Shown here in pieces: positions 26,757 through 40,877 of a stretch of 64,000 nt of DNA. Positions within the stretch are counted from its first letter, which is position 1; each line of letters starts with the position of its first letter. The stretch is taken from contig CP068257.2 in NCBI GenBank assembly GCA_009914755.4, forward strand, positions 37,056,001 through 37,120,000, written 5' to 3'. The translations under genes and the position numbers were made by a program. This DNA comes from the human T2T-CHM13v2.0 reference genome, Homo sapiens. The notes beneath the pieces are model-generated. The model ran no database searches. It saw nothing but the letters and a program-made list of their open reading frames with translations, and was not told the origin of the DNA.

Positions 26757-28596
26757 ACTATGAGACACCTTCTGGGGGTGGGTGAGGGAAGTGGGTGGGT
26801 GGAAGTGTGTGCCCCCCTTCATCTCAAGCCAAGAGACTGACCTCTATAGGGTTGATTGTGACCTTGCTCCATGTGCCCTGGATTTTGGGAGGCCTGGTGG
26901 ACTATGTTTGCCACCTGAGCAAAGAACCCATTGATGAGGAGCTGTGGGCTGTGGGCTTGCGGCAGCAGAACAAAGAGAGGAGCACTGGACACAGTGGGTT
27001 TGATGTCCACTTCCACCAAGAGGTGGTGCTGTCCAGGGACCAGGTGTGGGCACGTAGGAGAGAGACAGTGGATCTTAAAGCCTGCTCAGGGGACCTCCTG
27101 GAAAGGTGCTGGGACCACCACCAGGAAAGTCTGGGAGAGTAGAATTTGCACAACCATGGGCTGGAGCTGAGCAGCAGCAGGGAAGCCTGCATCACCACCT
27201 TGGGGAGGGCAGGTGAGCCTATGCAGCAGGATCCACAGCGATCCCACAAGGAACTCAGCTGCAAGCACAAGGCCATTGCTGTCACTTGGCTGAGTGCTGC
27301 TCTTCCCAGGGCTTGGTCACACGTGGGGCAGCACAGCTGTAAGACAAGGCCAATGCCTGAGACAGACAGTAGCCACCACTCCAGTGTCACTTAGATCTCT
27401 CTAAAGACAGAAAAGTAAGGAAAGAACCCAGAGTTCCATCAGGCAGAAAATAATTGAGAGAAGGAAACTTGCTGAAACCTTAATAGGATGCCTTCAAGCT
27501 ACACAAATCAGACGGAATAGTTAGGTAATGGTAAAAACTATTAAACCCAAGGGGCAGCTGAAGCGTGGGACCTGAGGCTTCCCATTTTTTAAAATGCTCA
27601 GCCAGTCCCAGTCCAGTGTTGCAAATAGAATCCTGCTTGTATCAGCTGGGGTTAGTTCAGAGAAACAGAAGCACTAGGAAGTGATAGACGATATGAGAGA
27701 TTTATTTTAGGGACTTAACTTTATGCAATTGTGGGAGCTGGTTAGAGAGTCTCCGTGAACCTGTTTTCTTTGTGTCTAGTGCTTATGCTTGAAGTCTGCA
27801 GGGTAGGCAGTCAGATTGGAAGAGCTAAAAATGATCTCCTAAATCACCTCCATACAAAACTAGAAAGAAAAATAGTGATGCCATCGGCTAATTTGCCTGC
27901 AGGAATAGGTAAAGAGAGCTCCATGCTAGGGGTGCTTGAGGTGGTTTCTGTAGATCCCCCAGAAGGCCACTGGCCCCAAAATTCTTCCTGGAAGTGAAGG
28001 TTGATGGGGAAAAGCATTTACATTCTCATCCATCATTTCCAAACCAATAATCCATTATTAACAAAAACTCATCATCCGTCACTAAGTAGGGTCAAGAGGA
28101 ATGAGTTGAGGGCAAAGATAATTCAGGTCAGGAAGTGGAGAAAGAGCTTCTGATAAACCTGATGGTTGTCAAAAGCCTTTCATATGCCTGCCATGTTTCC
28201 CTGGAGCCTCAAATCACCCCACTGGGCAAAATGGCCAGGCCTTATTATCCCCTGTTTATAGATAAAGAAACAGAGGCAGGTGCTGCTCAGCTGGGCCTCA
28301 GTGTCCTGACTCCCAGGACGGCAAGAGGCAAAGACCAGGCTGACAGGTGCCAGGGACAACTTCAGCCACTCCACTCCAAACTCCCCTGCTCATCAGACAA
28401 TAAATAAGACAGGCCTCAGTGAGGTGCCTTCTCTTCTGTAAGGCATCCCTGACACCCCTGAACCCCTCCCTCTGAATCCAACCTCATGCCACACACTCCC
28501 CAGTCTCTGTGCCACCAGCAAGATGGGTCGATGAATGGATTCAGGTTGTAAGGAGCCAGAGGATTTCACAAACTAGTATCAGAATTTCAGCAGGCA

Positions 28597-28977
28597 TCTC
28601 AGTCCATTCCTGCTGCTATAACAAAATACCTGACACCAGGTAATTTATAAATCATAGAAATGTATTCCTCACAACTCTGGAGGCTGGGAAGTCCAAGATC
28701 AACGTGCTGGCAGGCTCAGTGTCTGGTGAGGGCTGCTCTCTGCTTCCAAGATGACTCCTGTTGCTGCATCCTCCAGAGGGGACAAACGTTGCGTCCTCAT
28801 GTGGTGGGAAGGACAAATCACCCCCTCTAGCCCTTTCATAAGGTACAAACTCATTCATGAGAGCAGAGCTCTCAAGGCCCGATCACCTCCTAAAGGCTAA
28901 ACCTCTTCTTCTTGTTGCACTGGGGATTAAGTTTCAGCAAGAATTTTGGAGGGAACGCAAACATTCAAACCATAGCA
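28597..28977 (-). mobile_element. ERVL-MaLR solo LTR (MLT1-type), minus orientation
   Basis: tctcagtccattcctgctgctataacaaaatacctgacaccaggtaatttataaatcatagaaatgtattcctcacaactctggaggctgggaagtccaagatcaacgtgctggcagg...gatcacctcctaaagg...ctggggattaagtttcagcaagaattttggagggaacgcaaacattcaaaccatagca. Confidence 0.75.
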
Positions 28978-30620
28978 GCATCCCAGGCTGAAATCAGTAG
29001 AGCAAGGCCAGCCCAGAAGGTGAGAGATGGTTTCATCTACTTCCACCCTAATCTCATAGATAATAAATCATGCCGAGAATTGGAGGCCTTAAATACAGAA
29101 GGGATCCCAACGTGGCATCTGAGGTTCTCATCACATTCACTTACAGAGGAAACTCAAAATGCAGATGCTTGGAGCACGTGATCCAACAGGTTAGGGTTGG
29201 CTTTAGACTTTGCACTTTTAGCAAACACCCTTACGAGACTCTTAGGTAGAAAGCATCATTCCAGGGGAAGCATCATTATTTCCATCACATGGACAAGGAA
29301 AGGGGACCCAGCTGGCTTAAATGGTTTGTCCCAGGCTCCACAGCAATAGAGCTGCACAGAGAGGTCCTCCTACCCTGGCCCCAGCCTTTTCTCCCTCTCG
29401 CACGCCTCTTGCTGGTGGGAACCATATCACAGTCACCTGTAACCTGGCAATAGTATAAATGAATGAATAAATGAGTGAATGCTTTCCTGCAGGACCACAT
29501 CCAGGCGTGTTGCTGTGTATCCATCTGGGGCAGAGGCGGGTAACAGAAAACATCAAAAATGAGTGAGCCAGAGGATTTCACAAACTAGTATCAGAATTTC
29601 AGCATGCATCTCAGTCCATTCCTGTGTTGCAGGCTCATGACGTTTTGCTCCTTGGAAAATTGTTTTGAAAGAAGAAAGCTTGTAGGTTTCTGTGTTGATT
29701 TTGAAATATTCACTCTTCACTAAGACTCTGGAGGGAATAGACAAATGGCAGAAGAGGAGAGAGTTGGCATTTATTTTCTCAACACTCTCCCTTCACTGCC
29801 TGAGCAGGCTCACCTACACCCAGGGTGCTTCACAGCTGAGAGACATCACTGGGTGCAGCTTAAATGTTTCCAACTTTGCTTTTGCAATCAAGCCAAAAGA
29901 CAAACACACTTTTTCACTAAATTCCTTCCACCCAGGTTGCAAATTGACCTTATTTTAATTTGAGGTGCATGCCTCAGCCCTTAGACATTTTACCTATCTG
30001 ACAGTGAGAACTGACATGTTCCTTAGGCAGCCCTTCCGCTTTGGCCAATTTGACTGATTAATTGAAGAACTCTTCTTGATCCTCACAGAAAGATGTCTGG
30101 CAGTGTGATATTATGGTCACATTGCTTCTGCGCTTTTGCAGCACAATGATGTCGTGAGCAGAACACGTTTATCAGCTGGCCAGGCGCTCCGGGACCTGCC
30201 GCCTGCCAAACCCAGCAGTTACACTTCGCAGTTTCCCCGATTAAAAAGTGTTTAAACATCTGCTACTTAAACAACACTTAAAAAGTAATAAATTAAAAAC
30301 AGGGGGAATAGAACTTAAATAGAGAAAGTGAGCAGAGAACTAAAAGGTCTATATAAAGAGAGAAGCCATATATTTTCGTTTCTGAAATGATCCCTTGACA
30401 ACTTAAAAGTAAGCACTAACTCAAGCGTCCAGGGTATAAAATAAATCTGAATAAGCTTAATGAAAATCAGGCAGTAGTCCATAAAGAAATGCAATATCTT
30501 TGCCCTCTTGCTTCTAATGGGTCTGAGTTTGTTTTACATGGACTTTCAGGGATGACAGGGTCCCTCAGCCAGGAGGAGAGGAGCAATGTCCTGAAGCCAA
30601 AGCTCCTCCACCATGTGTGA

Positions 30621-31090
<470 letters not shown>

Positions 31091-31123
31091 AGAACCTTCT
31101 CTCTTAATGATAGGTCATAATTA

Positions 31124-31488
<365 letters not shown>

Positions 31489-32639
31489 TTAGATAACACC
31501 GTGTTGCCCATTTAGCTGAACCATCTCTTTCATATACATGCTGTTATTTGAGAATATTCTAACTCACAACATTCATCACACCCGTCTCAAGAAGAAAAGT
31601 TAATTTCTAGAATTAAAAGTTCGGCCAGGGCGTCATATGTAAAAGGAAAGATGGAAATTCGTGGGAACACAGCAGCTTGAATCAGTTCTATCAGTTTACA
31701 CAAATGCAATTCTATGTCTCTTCTGTATCACACACAATTTCATCTCCCACCCTCTTCTCATTCTCCGATGAAGATCTACACAACTTTGTACTAGTAGTTT
31801 ATTCTTTGTTAACAATAATTGCTTTGGTACTTAGCTCAAAAACAGATTTTCTTTTTTGCACATTGCTTATGTTACAGATGTGGGTGGAGGGATTTGTATA
31901 AATAAGCATTCAGAATGTGTATAATTTCTACTGCTTGCAGTTGTTCCTCACCCTTTTCCGGTCTGGACATAACACAAGCTTCTCTCTTTGGTCTCTTTTG
32001 CAATTACAGGGAACTTTAACTGGGGCTCTGATTGAATGTGTGTTTCACCCATGCATGGTAGAAATCCCAGCGTTGAAACAAGAGCTCAGGGCTTAGAATT
32101 CGCTGACCTGGGTCCAGCTCTCACTCTGCCTGACACCAGTGAGTGAACTTCAGGAAGATAGTGTTCCTTTCTTTTGCTAAATTTTCCTTTCTTTCCCTTT
32201 CCTAGAAGTAAAAATGGGCATAATAACAACCTCACATGACTCCCAGGACCATTGTGAAGTTCAAGTGAATGTATGTGTGCATTCAATCATTCCCAGGCTT
32301 TTATATGATGACTCTGTCCAGTAAATTCTGTCTCACAGTAACATATTTCAAAATAAATAAAAAGAAGGGCTTATAAGCAAAGACCTATAAAGGTGCCCTA
32401 CTGTTACTTGCAGAAAAGCAGTAGATTCCAAGAATAGAGTCTTGAGCCTTCAGTGTTACTACTCTTTTAAATAACATTTGTTTTTTTTCTAATTTACAAA
32501 TAAATACACATTTTTCCTAAAGGCAAAATTGAAAAAGAAAAAGAAAAATATCACTCAAAACAAGAGGTAACAATTCTTAACGTTTTTATTTTGTTTTCTA
32601 CCAGTCTACATCTATGAAGATACATGCTTTTCTTTCTTA

Positions 32640-32995
32640 TAAAATTTGGACCACAACACATGTGAATCTTTGTTCCCGTTATTAACTATTTCCTTTGGAT
32701 GGTTCCCAAGAGTGAAATTACTCCATCAAAGAGTAGTAACTCTTTGAAGGCTCTTCATAAATTCGTCTGCATCTTTTGAGAAAATCTGTACCAATTTAAA
32801 ATGCCATAAGTAGGGAATGAGAATACTTATCTTGCAGCAGCCTCCCAAGCACTAAATGTCATTATCTATTCAAAATCTTTGCCAAATTTCATTTATTTGA
32901 TTATTATTGATGCGGAATTATTTTTTAAATATCTGATTAGCCATTTGTGTTTCTTATTTTGCACATTGTATTTGTCAGGAAAACTTTGAGCCGCA
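32640..32995 (+). mobile_element. Old L1 (L1M) 3'UTR fragment, diverged
   Basis: tttggatggttcccaagagtgaaattactccatcaaagagtagtaactctttgaagg...tgccaaatttcatttatttgattattattgatgcggaattatt...gattagccatttgtgtttcttattttgcacattgtatttgtc parallels L1M 3'UTR consensus (tttggatatatacccagaagtggaattgctgg...gttggccatttgtatgtcttctttggagaaatgtctattcag). Confidence 0.5.
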
Positions 32996-34059
32996 AGTAA
33001 GAGAAAATATGACTTCCAATGATAGAAACAAAGAATTTTTTAAGAAGTCTGAAGAATTTGGCTTTAAGGGTTGGTCCAGCAGCTCAGCAATGCCAATGAC
33101 AGTTTTTCTGCCAATCTTATAGCCTCTCACACATGTGGGCAAAATGGCTGCTGAAGACCCAGCATCTCATCCTTATTCAAGCCAGAAAGAAGGGAGGAAG
33201 AACAAGGCAGCCATATCTGCCCCCACACACTCCTCACAAAGATTTCTGCTTATGTTCCATTGACCAGAATTATGCAACATGTCTACCCTAGCCACAAAAG
33301 AGCCTGGAAAAGATTATTAGTTTTTCCAGCCTCTATAATGGAGATGGGCAAGAGTGAAGGGGGCTTGAAAATGGATGTTGGGTTACTCAGCAGTCATGGT
33401 CTAGTCATTTGCACATCTTCACCATAAGTTTTTTTCGTGGTGATATTTAAAATACCAGCCAGCCTCCCTGGCAGTCCCTGGAGAAGCATTAGCTATTATT
33501 GAATAAATAAAACTACTGGTGATTATCTTAGTCCATACTACATAGGTTGACCACATGAGAGGCAGCTGGATCACTTGCCTAAGTCTGCATTTTCAAAGCA
33601 GCAGTCTCCATGTGACCCATATACTGATGGGAAACCAGTTTCTTCCTCAGTTCATGACACCTAAATGCATTTGGCATGTTTCTTCACGAAAGCCATCATG
33701 AAAAATTTCTTATATTTCTGCATGTCATACAGATGGGGGAAAATCACATCTTTATTTTGGTTGCACTCTGTCCTCTGGGGCCCTGAAGAGTGAATACCAT
33801 ACATACCACACAGCCTATATATTCTATTGGACCCTCCCAAGCTCACTCTCCAAATTTTATCTGAATTCATCTACAATTATACCTGATGGTACAACTGTTG
33901 AAGAAGTGGAAACTCAATTTCAAACTATATAAATGGATAGAAATACTTTCATATTTTCCTGATTATATATTACTTAATTTTATTAAGGCTGTTCTTTGAA
34001 ATACAGGCATCTTTTTATTTTAAAAAAATTAAGGTAAAATTTATCATTATTTTCATGGT

Positions 34060-34310
34060 GAGGCAGCACAGCGTTTGGGGAAGAACTACTATCTGGGTTC
34101 CAATCCCGGATTTGCTGTTTCCCATGGGGAACCACGGCAGTTATATAACCTCAGTTATGTCTTAGTATCCTCATTTGTTAAATATGGTAATATCAATAAT
34201 ACCAAAAACATATAATTTATGAGAAGATTAAATAAGATAACTTGCATAAAGCCCTAGCTCAGTGCCTGGTACCTGATCAATAGTTAATGATGAATTTTTG
34301 TTAGCATTAT
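34060..34310 (+). mobile_element. MIR SINE fragment
   Basis: ctgggttccaatcccggatttgctgtttcccatggggaaccacggcagttatataacctcagttatgtcttagtatcctcatttgttaaatatggtaatatcaataataccaaaaacatataatttatgagaagattaaataagataacttgcataaagccctagctcagtgcctggtacctgatcaatagttaatga matches MIR core and 3' region. Confidence 0.7.
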
Positions 34311-35084
34311 TAGATTATTGATATGTGTGTGATATATATGTAACATGAGGATGATATACATTAATATTTTTATGTAGCTCATTATTCTTCTGGATTTATT
34401 TCAATGTATATGGGAGAATCTAGTTAAATCTTTTTTCCAAGTACAGTTAATTTTTCTATCACTACTTGTTGAGTAATTCATTCCTTCCCCATCGGTTTGT
34501 GGCATTTTCTTTCTTGTGTATAGTTCTGTTTTTATATACACTAGAATCTATTTGAACACATCTTACCTGATACTATAGAATGTTACAACAGTAACCTGTC
34601 ATTTTAGTTGCTGGTAGAATCATTCATAGTATGCCGAAGACTGCTTAAAAATTTGTAGAACCAAATCAATTTGGATTGTTACTTTAAATTATAACAAAAA
34701 ACAATCCAGAGAAATTCAGAAGTCAAATACAATAAGTGAATTATTTGTTTTTAATCTAGGAGGAAAAGCATTGAGAGCTTAGTATGTACTAGGCACAGAA
34801 CTAATAGTCCACCCATTACCCATGTGCAGTTATGCCCACTGTACAGTTGAAGAAGTGGAAACTCAGTTTCAAGTATATAATTGACTGAGTCAAAGAGACT
34901 GAGGTAAGAGAAGCTCATCACACAGTCACAGCAGAGCCGGGACTCAGTCCTAGCAGCCCAGACTCTGAAGGGCTCTGCTAGGTGATCCCTTCACTGATCT
35001 CTGCGTATACGAAGAGTCTCTAAGCATAAACAACATGGAAAAGAATAACAGAGAAATATGTCAGCAGATTGGACTAAATAACAA

Positions 35085-35194
35085 ATATATATATATATAT
35101 ATATATGCCATTTTGCCCACATGCGTGAGAGGCTATGAGATTGGCAGAAAAACTGTCATTGGTATTGTTGAAATATATATATATATGTGTGTGT
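35085..35194. repeat. (AT)n microsatellite interrupted by a 61-bp non-repeat insertion, then (AT)7(GT)4
   Basis: (at)11 at 35085-35106, then gccattttgcccacatgcgtgagaggctatgagattggcagaaaaactgtcattggtattg at 35107-35167, then ttgaaatatatatatatatgtgtgtgtc. Confidence 0.85.
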
Positions 35195-35400
35195 CTTAGA
35201 AGTAAATAACATTGGCCTTTTGGCTACAAGCAAGTGTAAAAGCAAATGACAATGTAGGGAAATATCTGTTACAATAAGAAAAAAACTTAGAAATTTATCG
35301 TGGAAACTGATGAAAAAACACTAATGACGTCAAGGGCAGAAACCATAAAAGAAATGATTAACAGACGTGGCTTGATAGTCATTTAAGCTTTTTCTTATCA

Positions 35401-35750
<350 letters not shown>

Positions 35751-35924
35751 TTAACTAACCTGATTAAAATGTACTCCAACAAAGATAATACACACTCAGT
35801 ATCCTTTTTAAATAATTCTTAATAAATTTTGTCAAAACAAAAGACAAGCAATTCAATGTGAATATGAACAGAAATGTGTAAAATTTTTTCACAGAAAGAG
35901 AAATACAAATTGACAATTGACATA

Positions 35925-36640
35925 CAAAAAAAAGTTAAATTTCACTCACTTATAATCAAAGAAATGCAAACAAGGATAATAATGGAATTTGTTTTGGTTT
36001 ATCCAATTGGCAAAGACAATAAACACATAACTCCTAATGTTGATGAAAACATAGAGAATGAAACATTCTCATGTAGACATTCCTTACAAGAATATAAATT
36101 GATATAAGCTTTTTGGAGGGCAAGTTGGCCATGTGTGTCAATGACCACAAGAATTTGCATACATTTTTCCCAGCAATAATAGGATGTTTAAGGAAAAAGT
36201 TTAAAGTTAAAGGAAAAAACTATGGGTATGCATGGTGATTTCTCTTTGCTTTATTTATAATCATTAAATATTAAAACCACCCTAATGTCCAACAATATAG
36301 GATTGCAATGAAGTAAATAAAATATGATATATTTATACAGAGGGGAAACTGATGCTTTAGAAGAATATTTAGTGATATGAAGAAATACCTGACAGTGTGG
36401 AAATCGTCAATATAGTCACAAAATAGAAAATAATGCATTGACTAAAAATGGCATTGTGGAAACTGTGGTAAGATGTTCACAATTTATATTTGAATATAGT
36501 AAGCAACAGATACAGAATTATATGGTATGATCCTATTTGTAAAATAAAATGTACTATATACACATAATTTTGTATATATAAAAAAGTTACTAATTTACTT
36601 ATTTTCTAAGTTTATTCTAAGTTTTCTGTAATAAAATGGG
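35925..36640 (+). mobile_element. Old L1 (L1M-type) ORF2 3'-end/3'UTR fragment, highly diverged
   Basis: tcaaagaaatgcaaacaagg...tggagggcaagttggccatgtgtgtcaatgaccacaagaatttgcatacatttttcccagcaataataggatg...ccaccctaatgtccaacaatataggattgcaatgaagtaaataaaatatgatatatttatacagaggggaaact aligns in order with L1 ORF2 C-terminal consensus (agaaatgcaaatcaaaacc...tggtgggactgtaaactagttcaa...actagaaataccatttgacccagcaatcccattactgggtat...ccaaatgtccaacaatgatagactggattaagaaaatgtggcacatatacaccatggaatact). Confidence 0.55.
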
Positions 36641-36857
36641 ATTCAGTTTCAGGACAAATACTATTAGGTGCAAAACGTCAAGCATTACTTCCTCTTTCTT
36701 GCTAACTAAACCCCAATATTATCCACACAGCCTGAATTGTCCCAGGGCATGAGTAATGACTGGTCTAGGCTTAGAGCGGACATGATTTAAAATAATGCTA
36801 ATTAAACAATTTTCAAGAGAAAAAGCACTTTAAAATTTTTTGAGAAATAAGGAAGGT

Positions 36858-38032
<1,175 letters not shown>

Positions 38033-38370
38033 GAAGGTCTAAGTATTTTTAAAAGAAAAAGAAAGGAGAAGACAGAGGAAGAAAAGAGGAGAGGAGGAAA
38101 AATAGAAGGAGAAAAAGAAATCAAGAGATGTAAAAAAAAGTCACATTTAATCACACTTGGAATCAGAAAACAACAGAGCCACAGTGACAACCATGTGATT
38201 TAGTGTGGGGGAAAGTGCAGCAAGATTTCCTGTGGGGGGATGTAGCAGCACAACTTTTTAAATAAGCAACTTTTATGGAAAAAAATTTGACTTTACCATT
38301 TTTCGTATATTCTGATTTGGTAATTTCATTCTCGTCATCTGTCCTGAGAAAATAATCTGTGGGCAACGCT

Positions 38371-38715
<345 letters not shown>

Positions 38716-40847
38716 TAAATGTCCAACATGAGGGAAGGGGTCACTCTGATGGGGTTCTATATCCTTCTTCAAACATGATTATCGAGAGATCTAAATAGCA
38801 GGAAAATGTTTGAAATACGATTTTTCAGGAAAAAAAATAAAAAAAATCAACAATGTATAGGGGGGAAAATGTCCAGAAATAAAAGTGGAAGGAAATATGC
38901 CAATGTATAATGAGTTGGCTCAGGAATAGAGAGAAAATATCATTATTATTTTTTTACTACTTGGTATTTGTATGTTTCTAAATTCTGTATAATGAGCATG
39001 CATTTCTTTGAAAACATCAGAATAAAAGTAAATTAAAAGATGTAGTAATAATTATATCAAGAGATCCCTTCTTTGGTAAGAAAATGGGTTGACTTTGCTA
39101 TGCCTGCTAGACATTATGCTGTGGCAGAAGTAATCAACCTGCATTGTATTCTGAGTACTTCCTCCAGAAAACAGCTCTGATAAGCAGTCCAATCTCAGAG
39201 GAAGGTGAAGAAGGGCATCACAAAAGTGTCCTCCAGTATCCCTGTATTTCTGTCTGTTTTTATATCAGCTGCTCCTGCGAAACTCCTATAACAACCACTA
39301 AACCAGCCCCAAAGCTGGTGGAGTCTAGTGAGATATTCATTTCAATGGATTTGAGCTTCTGTTGTTTTAATGTGTATGTCTTGTGTGTCAGTAAGTGAAT
39401 TTCTGTGTAGTAGAATAAATAGATTTTTCCATTTTTTCCTGCAATGCCTGTATATTACTCTAATCGGAAAGATGGGACCACATTTTTAAAAGAATATTGT
39501 TAGAAAATAATTGAAGGGGCTTTAAAAGTAAAGATCAAAAGGGGAAATATTTCTATTTTTTTCTCAAATAAAATGTCAAAAGTGTTTCAGCTTTGAGTTA
39601 GCATTCAACCGTCCTGCAATGCTTTGGAGAGTGAGAAAAGGTGTGGCATATCTCCCAAAACACAAAGAAGAATATATTAATGAATGTATTGTCTGTGGCC
39701 GTTTCATACTACAACACCAGAGTTGTGCAGTTGCTACAGACTGTGTTTGGCTTACAAAGCCAAAAACATTTATTATCTGGCCCTTTGCAGAAAAGGTTTA
39801 CTAAACCCTGGCGTTACATGTCATGACATTAAAAACACTTGAGTTTGCAAAATCTGTCTTAGAGAAGATAGATAAGTTTCTTTCAATAATGCTGCTTTTA
39901 GAAATTCAACCTTAAGCTTTCTTGACAGAAGCACATTGAATCAATTTGGATTGCCTCTGGCTGCAAGGAACAGGAAAGCCAACAGTGGCTTATAGACACA
40001 GGGTGAACTCAGCTCAGGCAGGACAGACTCTCTGGTGCCATCTGGCTGTTTCCAGCTTTTCATCCTTAGCAAGAGGTGCTTGTCTGTGCTTTTGCCTTAA
40101 GGTCACAAGGTGCTGCTGCACCACAGTCCTCAGGCTCACCATCCAGCAGGAAAGAGAAAGAAAAAGATAACTAGAACAAAGGCAGAAAAGCAATTCCTTT
40201 TTATTCTGGAGGGCCTCCCTTTCCTGCGATTTACAGCTTCTTTTGAATGCCCTGTTATGTCGTATGGCTTTTGGAAACAGCAGAGTTGCCTGGGTGAGTT
40301 ATTTTTCTTTAACTAGGCATGTTGAGGCCACAAACCATATGAGGGTTTTGTTAGATAGAAAGGGGACGACATGTACATTGGATGGGCAGCTGATGGTGTC
40401 TGCTGCAAATATATACAGCATCACCACCAAGAAGCCTATGTATTGATACATTGAATGTATCATCTGCTTTCAAATTGTTTTACTGCAAGCAGTAAAATGA
40501 ATGCAAACCCCTAGGTACTGACTAAGCTTGTCCCCTGTCCTGCCTAGTTGTCAGCCCTGTTTCCTAATATGAGGCTGTCCTTTCTAGGGTCCTTTGAACT
40601 CCCTTCATATCTCTCCCAGACAAAAGCTCTAAAGGCGGAGATAAAGCTCCTGGGGCTGGGAGGGCACAGCCACCCGCCCTCAGCAGCACATCTGTTCAGG
40701 GATATGAAGTACCTTCTCCTTGCTATAGAAGCCCCTAGTTTTAGTGGGTCAGTTTACTTTCCCCCATCTCCTCCAAGGACAAATAATTTGTATCTGTAGA
40801 GACTGCCCTTGGCCTTGTCTTCGGTAATCCATACTCTGAGTTATTTG

Positions 40848-40877
40848 GTGGGGGGAGGGGGGGGCGGGGGGGGGGGC
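40848..40877 (+). repeat. G-rich homopolymer-like tract (G4-prone), g7ag8cg11cgc
   Basis: ggtggggggaggggggggcggggggggggcgc read in sequence. Confidence 0.85.

Noticed and set aside
33088-35167. Inverted 61-bp repeats as terminal inverted repeats of a 2.1-kb DNA transposon
   Set aside because: No flanking target-site duplication is present (neither TA nor an 8-bp hAT-type repeat). Termini do not resemble known TIR motifs. The right copy is embedded in an (AT)n microsatellite, which fits a templated repair insertion better.
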